Origin: an uncultured Planctomycetales bacterium
GTDB lineage: Bacteria; Planctomycetota; Planctomycetia; Pirellulales; Pirellulaceae
Assembly (NCBI GenBank): GCA_963785495.1
Contig: CAWAVP010000025.1
Coordinates: 200,311-264,310 of the forward strand
Length of the DNA stretch: 64,000 nucleotides
Direction: 5' to 3'
Within the stretch, counting starts at the first letter, position 1. Each line of letters begins with the position of its first letter. The notes beneath the pieces are model-generated. The model was not told where the DNA came from. It saw nothing but the letters and a program-made list of their open reading frames with translations, and did no database searches. This document shows, piece after piece, positions 56,524 to 64,000 of the stretch. The position numbers were made by a program, and so were the translations under genes.

Positions 56524-56845
56524 GGAGTTGTTACTTGATCGGTGTCTCAGATTGTCACACGACCCACGAATTTCCCTCGCTCAGCGTAGTGGATCCTGAA
56601 TTTCCCTGCAACGAGCGGACACGAAGTAGTGGGACAAACCGACGCGTTTTTGGTCGAGTGGTGTGGTGAATCGGGTTGTAGGATCGAAGGCGGGGCACCG
56701 CCAAAATCTAGCATAGAGCGTATCCTTTGCCGACTTTTTAAGACCTGATACGCTAGATGCACCTCGGCAATTGATGCGCCGCGCGTTGAGGGCGATACCG
56801 AGCTGCTCGCCGGTTGCCAGTCCGGATCCAAAGGAGACGTTCGGC

Positions 56846-57336
56846 ATGTCCAAGACGAAATCGGTTGCATACTGGTTATTTAAAACCGAGCCCGATGACT
56901 TTTCGGTCTTGGACCTTCAAGCGGCAAATCGGCGCACGACCTGCTGGGACGGCGTCCGCAATTATCAGGCGCGCAACTTCCTACGCGACGAGATTCATCT
57001 GGGCGACCGTGTACTCGTGTATCACTCCAACGCCAATCCTGCCGCGATCGTCGGTGTCGCGAGTGTGGTTCGTGAGGGCTATCCCGATCACACGGCGTGG
57101 GACCCTAAGGACGCGCATTTTGACCCCAAGTCGTCTCCAGAGAATCCTCGCTGGTTCATGGTGGACATCCAACTGCAGGAGGTCTTTGCCCGCCCCTTGG
57201 CCCTGGCAGAACTGCGCGAGCAGCCCGCTTTAAATGCGATGGAGCTATTACGCAAGGGCTCGCGTCTCTCCGGCAGCCCGTTCGCAAAGCGGAATTTCAG
57301 CAGATTATGAAGTTAGCCGGCAGCAAAATCCGTTAG
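56846..57336 (+). pseudogene. EVE (PUA-like) domain protein; frame broken near the 3' end
   Basis: ATG at 56846 gives MSKTKSVAYWLFKTEPDDFS..WDGVRNYQARNFLRDEIHLGDRVLVYHSN..IVGVASVVREGYPD..RWFMVDIQ. The normal C-terminus QPVRKAEFQQIMKLAGSKIR* is in another frame from 57274 and stops at 57334-57336. One base is missing at ~57272. Confidence 0.8.
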
Positions 57337-57395
57337 GCCTGCTATGGCTCGAGTGTCGTGCGCGAGCAATGACGGTCCGCTTATCACTTCAAACA

Positions 57396-59167
57396 CTACG
57401 GTGGGGCGTATCGTGACAGCCATCGCTCCAGACGCGACTGCGTCCTACAATCGACGGCATCGAAAATCCGTGGGTAGTTCGCCAACTCTGCCACCGCATC
57501 CGGAGTCAACTCGCACTCGACCAAAGTAACCTCGGGTCCAATCTCTCCGAGGCGCGTAATGTCGGCAGCCGAAAGGGTCTGATGATCGACCCAAAGCGAG
57601 ACGTCACGCTGTCGCCAACCTAACATGGACCTGTAGGTCAAACGAGAACCATCCAGCTGGGCGTCCTGCAGTTTAGGCAGCGAAAGCAACACGCGAAATT
57701 GCTCATCCGAAATCCCGGACTCGCGCAGCGAAATATCCTGCAGCCACCGCTGCCGCAGAATGGCATCGTAGCCGGCCTTACTTAGCGGCACACCGTCAAT
57801 CATTAATCCGTTCAAGCTCATCCCCGACAATACCGCCAGGTAGGAATCGTCCAACGGATTGCCGTTCAGATTCAGCGTCGCCAGATTGGCATTCGCTGTG
57901 AGGTTTCGAAGTCCCGCGCCGCTGATCTTGTTTGCTGCCAGATCCAGATAGCGGATAAACCTGGTGGTGGCGAAGCTGGCCAAATCTGCATCGGTTAAGT
58001 TACAGTTGCGCAGGGAAACGCTTTGCAGTCCGACCGCCAGGCGAATGGGCCGCTGCTGCTGGCCGCCCAAAGGCACGTTGGATATGTTCAAGTAGTTCAG
58101 TCGAGGGAACGCGCCGAAGATCTGAAATGAGTCGCGAGTGATGTGGGCTCCGTCGATATATAAGGTCGTCAGATTCGGCAGTCCCGCCAAATGCCGAAAT
58201 CCTCGATCGCCAAACGACGTTCTCATCAAGTTTAGGGAATCCAAATAAGTTAACTGGGACAAATGACGACAGCCTTCGTCCGTGATTTGGGAACTGGCAA
58301 TCGTCAGCCAGTGAATGTGAGGAAGTCCGCGCAGATACTTTAGATGCCAATCCTGCGCGTCCTCACCAAGATACACATCTGCCGGCGTCCACAAGCCGCC
58401 GCGCAGCCATTGGCCGGGGGCCATCGGACGCCACCACCCGATGCGTCCCACCCGATCAAGAACTGCAGCGCGTCGTTGAATATCGAGTTGCCAACCTAGC
58501 AAAATGCCGATTGCAAATACGCATGCGGTCGAGAGCACTTGCAAACCGGCCCACACCGCACCGCGCCAAAGCCGGCGCCATCGCGAGGAAAGAGCGGCGT
58601 CGGGTTTCGCAATCGACCGGACGCTCGACCGCATCCAGAGCGTATGAGTCGCCACGGCGATCGCCAATACAACCCCGACACCATACAGCGGCAACCTCGC
58701 CCGTCTTAGTCCTGCCACGTCAGAGTATTGCGCAGCGCGTGCCAGATAGCCCGTGATCACCGACACAATCAGGACAGGAACCACGTGCTGGACGCCCCAA
58801 CGCAAAACGGAGAGCATGCAGCGATAAAGGGGATTGAACGTCAAGACCAAGCCGACAACAAATCCTACCAACGTCCCACTCAGGCTGGTATGTAGGGCTG
58901 TGGTCAACGCACCCACGACCGTTGCGGTGGGAATGACCATGCGGTGCCGAATTGTCGCCGTACCCACCATGCCGCGATCCCCGCCGTAACCATCGACATG
59001 CCCACTAGGGCCAACGGGCGAGCCGGATGAACGGCAAACCAATCGCCTAAATCACGGTTGTAACGGGTCAGCAATTCGTAGTACGCGCGGATCGCGGCCA
59101 ACACCAACAGCACGTACGTCAGTGACGCCACCAGCCGCCGTATGGGTGTGGACAACATCGATCTCAT
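57396..59167 (-). pseudogene. membrane-anchored leucine-rich-repeat (LRR) protein; probable frame break in the N-terminal membrane region
   Basis: The main ORF 57396..59042 has several TM helices followed by at least 10 LRRs (..LRGLPHIHWLTIASSQITDEGCRHLSQLTYLDSLNLMRTSFGDRGFRHLAGLPNLTTLYIDGAHIT..). ORF 58904..59167 (two TM helices, ATG 18 nt after the cytochrome stop) probably supplies the true N-terminus, with the junction at ~58965-58975. Alternatively the gene starts at ATG 58970. Confidence 0.65.
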
Positions 59168-59185
59168 GCGGAATCCCCGCCGCGT

Positions 59186-60805
59186 TTACGGAAGCAGTTC
59201 GCCGACGGTCCACGTGCGGTCAACGATCACCAGCGTCGGATCTGGCCATCCTTTGTCCTCCGCAGTGCTCTGCCAGAAGCGACGGTAGAGCAACCGGAGA
59301 CGTACGACGTGAGCCTCGGACGGCAGACGAAACGAAATGGTCCGCGGCGTCTCTGGCTGCAGACGGTTGTCGTCGACGGTCACACCGGCTCGCCAGAACG
59401 GCACGGGGCTGTCGCCGTTCGCATCCGTCAGCAGTTTAGCAAATAGCACTCCACTTTGATCCATTAAATCTCCGGCAGCCGCAGGCAACCGAGGCCCCGA
59501 CTGCAGCTCAATCCGTTGCCCATTTGCATCCTGAGCGTCAACAACCAAAATCACGTGGTGATCAACGAAACCGGTCGGCACGAAATGCCCCACGTCCTGT
59601 GCCACGATTTCCACACGCAGCAGGATCTCGTCGGCGTCGCGCTCGCAGGTCGGAGTTACGTCCAAGCAGCGCCGCAGCATCGACTCCCGGCCACCGGGCA
59701 TCAGCGTATGGCTGGGCAAGGTCGAAGGATCGCGGTCAATGCCTCCCATGTTTGTGCGAAATTCGTCATCTTGCCGTCCGGCTGCATGTGGCACGATTGA
59801 CAATGTTCGCCCCGCCGACTCGCCGGGCTTTGTAGCCATTCGCTGTACGTACTGTAAACTGGCACGCCAAACACAATCCCTTCGTGGCAAACCGCGCAGT
59901 ACCGGCTGTGCGATTGCAGCGGTAAGTAGCTGTCGTCGCCACGGTCCACATCATCCAGTGGTCCAAAGAACAACTGGCCCTCGGCCGGACGTAACAACTG
60001 CATGCCGAAACGGCCGTGAGTTAAGCCGGGTGCGAGCAGATTGACGCCCTGGACCTTGTGGCAGAAATCACAATGGACACCCTGTTGGGCAACGCCCTCG
60101 ATCATCCGAATGTCGGCAATTCCCAGATCCTCCAGCGGTGCCGAGGGAGCGTGGCAAGAGGCACACACGCCCGCCCCTTCCGGATACTCTTCCAACAGCC
60201 CCCAACCGTGCTGCCGCGTTTCGTCCCAGGTGCTGCCGGTGTACAGATTCAGGAAATGTCGATTGGTGGCCGCACGAGCGTGTCCCCCAGATCGCCACTG
60301 CGCATAGATCTCGGCATGGCAGTTGCCGCAGTTCAGCGATCCCGTCGGATCCGGTGTCGGGTCGACCCAGCTGTAATCGCCGTGATCGCTCTCCGGTAGC
60401 GGCCGCAGCTCCAATTGCATGCCGTCCGTCGGACTGGCGCCCGTGATGAAATAACCCGGCTTGGCCGCCGTAACCGTGAGCTCCTGGAGTGAGGCGCCCG
60501 AGGCCAGATGGAGCTGAAACTGCCCCAAGTCATTCGTCGTCGTGGATTCCGTTCGACCCTTGAATGCGCACTTGCGCATCGGCAATCGGCTGTCCCTGAC
60601 TGACTACACGCCCCGTTAACTGCCGCGTCGTCGGCCACGTGGACGCGGCCGTACTCGGCGGTGTCGGACGACCACAACCTGAGCCGAACGCAAATACCAA
60701 CACGAATCCAAGAATCCGTGGAAAGTTCTGCGCACGGCGCCACGGCGTCGATTGACCGGCACGGTCGAGCGACGTTGGATACGGGCGTGGTGTGCTGGCG
60801 TTCAT
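59186..60805 (-). pseudogene. pentaheme c-type cytochrome, lipoprotein-like signal and CarboxypepD_reg-like N-terminal domain; frame broken twice
   Basis: Fragments 60530..60823 (ATG 60805; ..ILGFVLVFAFGSGCG.., TGRVVSQGQPIADAQVRIQG), 59701..60585 and 59186..59890. There are five CxxCH motifs: CGNCH, CASCH, CDFCH, CAVCH, CQSCH. Junctions at CCC 60557-60559 and TTT 59751-59753. The C-terminal part contains VGHFVPTGF. Confidence 0.8.
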
Positions 60806-60876
60806 GAGAGATGCTGGGGGCACTCTGCTATTCTATCCGGTTCACGCGCATACGGCATGCATCGCGCGACCATACG

Positions 60877-61575
60877 TCAAGGTTGGCGCATGACAACGAC
60901 CAACAACAACCAAATGACGGCACAGGTGATTCCCATCCAATGCAACCAGCCGTAACGCCGGCCCGCCTGCTGGTCCCGCAGCAGGGTCGCTCCGATCCAC
61001 GCCAAACCCAAAAGTGACCGCAACATCACATAGCGGTAGAGCAAGCGATCGGGCATGGCGAGGCTGCCGCGGAGTGCTGCCACAAGCCAGATTAATTGGC
61101 CCGCCATCAGTAAGGCGAGTATGGCAAATAAAGACTTCCACGTCCCCGGCATGCGGCGGCTGAGCGCGGGAAGTGTCAACGCGAGACATGTGCTACTGAG
61201 CTGGATTGCTTCGGGACGGATCGCGAATTGCGCTGGCAAGAATTCAACTCCCAGATCGATCGCTAAGATGCATCCCAGCGAAAAGAGGAGCCAGGTCCCC
61301 GGTTCCAACGCAGGCCGGCGGACTCCCACAATTTGAATCAGCGCCAGGGCGGCACCGGTCCAGCAAAGCCCGGTGTAGAGCGCCAGGGCCACCAGCAGCG
61401 TCATCTGCGCTGGGTTGTCAGGTGAGCGCACGATCAGGTGCCGCGTTAATCCGAAATACACGGCACAACCGGTCATCCATAGCAGCAAATGCCACAAACG
61501 CGGTTGCTGCGGAGTCGCTGCACCGACACGCGTCGGGCCCGGTCGGCTGCCAGCAGGTCGCCGATTCGATGCCAT
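60877..61575 (-). CDS. polytopic membrane protein, function unknown
   Basis: About 6-7 hydrophobic helices (LWHLLLWMTGCAVYFGL, LLVALALYTGLCWTGAALALI, WLLFSLGCILAIDLGV, LFAILALLMAGQLIWLVAAL, ITCAVIWLLLVVVM). The ATG at 61575 lies 4 nt after the upstream stop. Confidence 0.6.
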   Translation of the reverse strand: MASNRRPAGSRPGPTRVGAATPQQPRLWHLLLWMTGCAVYFGLTRHLIVRSPDNPAQMTLLVALALYTGLCWTGAALALIQIVGVRRPALEPGTWLLFSLGCILAIDLGVEFLPAQFAIRPEAIQLSSTCLALTLPALSRRMPGTWKSLFAILALLMAGQLIWLVAALRGSLAMPDRLLYRYVMLRSLLGLAWIGATLLRDQQAGRRYGWLHWMGITCAVIWLLLVVVMRQP

Positions 61576-61579
61576 CAAA

Positions 61580-62116
61580 TCAGTTGATCACCGCGGCGTA
61601 TTGTTCCGCGTATTCCAGGACCCAGACGTCGATCATATTCAGAAACGTGTCCTCGTCCACTTCGTTAATCAACTCGAAATGGTTCCGATTGAAGATTTCT
61701 TTATTTCGTATCGTGCCTTTGGCGGCCAATTCCACGACTCCAGAAGACGAATACGGTCGAATGCTCATCTCCAACCGACTGAAGTAGTTGGCCGAGCGGC
61801 CCTCGGCCCCAGGACCGATGTCGTCACGGCTGCATGCCACACCCCAGCCCCGATCGCCATACATCATTTCGCACTGAAACCCGGGGAAATGTTGGGGCAG
61901 TTGACGGACGCATTTTTCGATATGTTCAGAAAACCGCAGACGGTATTGCGTGTGCAGTTGGCGCAGCTCGGCCTCGGTTAGCTGCTTCATCCGCTCCGCC
62001 CGGGCCCGGGCGGCACTGCGAGTCTGCCCGCGCTCAATTGCTTTGGAAAGCCGTTCCTCGAATTCGCCCATCTGGTTGCTCCCACCGCCCGTCGCATTCC
62101 GGGCCGATACCTTCAC
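61580..62116 (-). CDS. hypothetical soluble protein (178 aa; alternative ATG at 62071)
   Basis: The ORF has coding-like composition and a helical N-terminus (EFEERLSKAIERGQTRSAARARAERMKQLTEAELRQL). I recognise no motif. It is the first gene of the minus-strand block ending with the LRR protein. Confidence 0.5.
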   Translation of the reverse strand: MKVSARNATGGGSNQMGEFEERLSKAIERGQTRSAARARAERMKQLTEAELRQLHTQYRLRFSEHIEKCVRQLPQHFPGFQCEMMYGDRGWGVACSRDDIGPGAEGRSANYFSRLEMSIRPYSSSGVVELAAKGTIRNKEIFNRNHFELINEVDEDTFLNMIDVWVLEYAEQYAAVIN

Positions 62117-62549
62117 AAGTGTCCGCTAAACCCACTGAGCCACCGGCCGGGCGGCCCATCGACGCCGATACTCCCTGCGATTCGCAGCGAAAAAGGGCCG
62201 ATTCTGACCCAAATCGTCCTGCAACCCGCATGTGAGCCAACACGGTACGGACGTCGCAGGCGTGACGACGTGACTATTACTATAATGTTCAGGAGACGTT
62301 GCGCCGGGGGGGTGGCAATGAAAGGTGGGGTGAGAATCGTTGACACGGAAACTTCACCAAGATTACTCTGGAGGTATAGGCAGAGAGATCTGAGCCCCCG
62401 CTCGGGGTCGCCTCGCCAGGTTGGTCGGAACAGTCCTCTTGTCACGCACGGCCCGTCGCCAGCTACAAATGCTCCACTCGCCCACGGGCCATAGTGGACG
62501 CAATTGCTGGTTGCGCTCGGCGTGGCAACAGAGAAGTTGTTGGAGTGAA

Positions 62550-63830
62550 ATGGTGGAAGCTTGTGTTTCGATTGGGAAGTCGGCCGTTTTCAGATTCAAT
62601 CTCCCGTTGAGCATTGGATTCTGCCTGTGGGCAGCCGCAACGTCCGCACTGGCTCAGGAGTACAAGGAAGTCTCTGGAGCCATTACGGATGCTCGCCAAG
62701 TTTCCCAGTTGCGGCGTGAAGTCAGCGCCATCGTCCGGGGCGGCGGCGCCCTGAATGCGGCCGATCAGAAGACGCTGCAGACCTACTACGTGATGCACGT
62801 CATTGCCGGCATGACGCAGAGCGATGCGGCGATGGAACCTGAGCAATATCCCAATTGGCGGAAAGCCATCATCAGCGATTTGAATACGCTAAGCAGCTCG
62901 CCGCAAAAACACGCCTTCGTCCGCAATCTGATTTACAACTACGGCAAGCGACTGGTCGACGATCGCAGTTACAGTCCGGCCGCACGGTACAACGCGCTGC
63001 TGATCATTGGTGAGTTGAATGAACGTGAGGCCGAAGGTGGGGGACGATCCGTCACTCCCGCCGTACCGTACGCCCAAGGACGGCAGTACTTACTCGGTGT
63101 GCTCGGCAGTGACGATTCTCAGGAGATGAAAGTCGGGGCGCTGATCGGCCTGGCCCGCCACAACCGTTTAATCGCCGCAGCCGGCGCGAATCCAGATCCC
63201 GCTCTGCTGCGAGCATTTGTCAACGTCATGCAGCAAACCGAACCCAGCGCGGACGGTACGGCCGACGGTTTGATGTGGATGCACCGCATTGCAATTGATG
63301 CACTAGGCGATGTGGGCCAGTCGGGAGCGGCACGCGTCTTGGAACCCATCGTTGGAGACAACTCAGCGCCGATGATGCTTCGCTGCGCCGCCGCCGATGC
63401 CCTGGGACGTTTGGATTATCGCAACGCCGCCAACCTCAACCTGCCTGCCATCGTCAAGGCCCTCGGACAATTGGCCACCAGCGCGTTAGCGGCACAAATC
63501 GAGGCGATTCAAGAGCACTTGAAAGAGAACCCGAATCAACCGATGGGTGGGGATCGTCGCTATGGAGCAGATGAAAAACAACCGGAAGATCCGTTTGTGC
63601 GGCGAGTCCGGCGGCAACTCAAGTACGAATTAATCTGCGTCGGCCGCGGGCTGCGTGGTCTGCAGCAAGCTCCCGCCAATGCCGCAACAAAGAATGCCGC
63701 GACGTCGATCCAATCGCAGATCATGGCGATTGCCAAAGAGTTGGACGCGGAAGACATGCAGCCCCAAGATCTACTCGAAAAGATCGGCCAGCCCGCCGTC
63801 CGCTTGGAAGCCTTCGTAAAGAATAACTAA
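62550..63830 (+). CDS. secreted HEAT/ARM-like repeat protein, function unknown
   Basis: ATG at 62550 gives MVEACVSIGKSAVFRFNLPLSIGFCLWAAATSALAQE (signal). The body is helical with HEAT-like units (..MKVGALIGLARH.., ..MMLRCAAADALGRL..). The track ORF start at 62421 is probably too far upstream. Confidence 0.6.
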   Translation: MVEACVSIGKSAVFRFNLPLSIGFCLWAAATSALAQEYKEVSGAITDARQVSQLRREVSAIVRGGGALNAADQKTLQTYYVMHVIAGMTQSDAAMEPEQYPNWRKAIISDLNTLSSSPQKHAFVRNLIYNYGKRLVDDRSYSPAARYNALLIIGELNEREAEGGGRSVTPAVPYAQGRQYLLGVLGSDDSQEMKVGALIGLARHNRLIAAAGANPDPALLRAFVNVMQQTEPSADGTADGLMWMHRIAIDALGDVGQSGAARVLEPIVGDNSAPMMLRCAAADALGRLDYRNAANLNLPAIVKALGQLATSALAAQIEAIQEHLKENPNQPMGGDRRYGADEKQPEDPFVRRVRRQLKYELICVGRGLRGLQQAPANAATKNAATSIQSQIMAIAKELDAEDMQPQDLLEKIGQPAVRLEAFVKNN

Positions 63831-64000
63831 TCCCAAACCCTTGCCCCCCCGTGGCCTCCGCTATCAGCAACGCCGTGCCAGGCTTGCGACCACTGTGCGT
63901 GACGCCACCAGTCATTCGTGGGCTAGAACACACCAAGAGATGCGACTCCCGCCGGGCCCAATTGTTACCACCAGGTGGCTCGGCAGGAGTCTCTCCCTTT

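Noticed and set aside
62279-62350. Sigma70-like hexamers (TATAAT at 62279-62284; TTGACA at 62339-62344) upstream of the HEAT-repeat gene.
   Set aside because: Neither has a properly spaced partner hexamer, and planctomycetal promoter consensus is poorly defined.
1-64000. A search by eye for CRISPR arrays, tRNA/rRNA genes, transposases, integrases, prophage genes, toxin-antitoxin pairs and known defence systems.
   Set aside because: I found no direct-repeat/spacer arrays, no T-loop-like GGTTCGA contexts outside coding sequence, and no ORF with recombinase, nuclease, reverse-transcriptase or defence-type motifs. The window looks like core chromosome plus surface-protein loci. A by-eye scan cannot fully exclude small RNAs.

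Overview
GC-rich chromosomal segment whose gene content points to a Planctomycetota (Pirellulales-type) genome. Markers are DUF1501, a PVC-type heme-binding/dehydrogenase giant protein, a CRTAC1/ASPIC protein, an ECF sigma factor coupled to a Ser/Thr kinase, and PEP-CTERM and dockerin-like modules. There are also two paralogous secreted giants (~2,560 and ~1,790 codons) built from LamG, tandem-95 Ig-like repeats, lamin-tail domains and a CotH kinase-like domain. Housekeeping content: a LysR regulator followed by gltB-gltD, then glgX, msrA, rsmD, a cyclophilin PPIase, an IlvD/Edd dehydratase divergent from a GntP permease, and an OmpR-type two-component pair. I count about 36 protein-coding loci. 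I saw no rRNA/tRNA, no CRISPR array and no transposase/integrase/phage genes. The dominant technical feature is that about half of the loci are split into consecutive ORFs in different frames (about 35 breaks). Most junctions I rebuilt by hand are repaired by changing a short homopolymer by one base, so I read this as assembly indel noise, not gene decay. I report merged loci, typed pseudogene only because the frame is broken as given, with fragment coordinates in the evidence. Most worth a second look: (1) an in-frame TGA inside the CRTAC1-family gene with a hairpin just downstream (selenocysteine candidate or nonsense); (2) the two CotH/LTD/dockerin giants with a shared non-classical N-terminal motif, a dockerin/PEP-CTERM protein and a NodB/NodU-like glycan-tailoring operon nearby; (3) a minus-strand operon joining a pentaheme lipoprotein cytochrome to a membrane-anchored LRR protein; (4) a PTP-like phosphatase fused to a cytochrome c'-like domain; (5) a short intergenic repeat family with an invariant 13-nt core. 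All functional calls come from motif recognition by eye; no database search was run.
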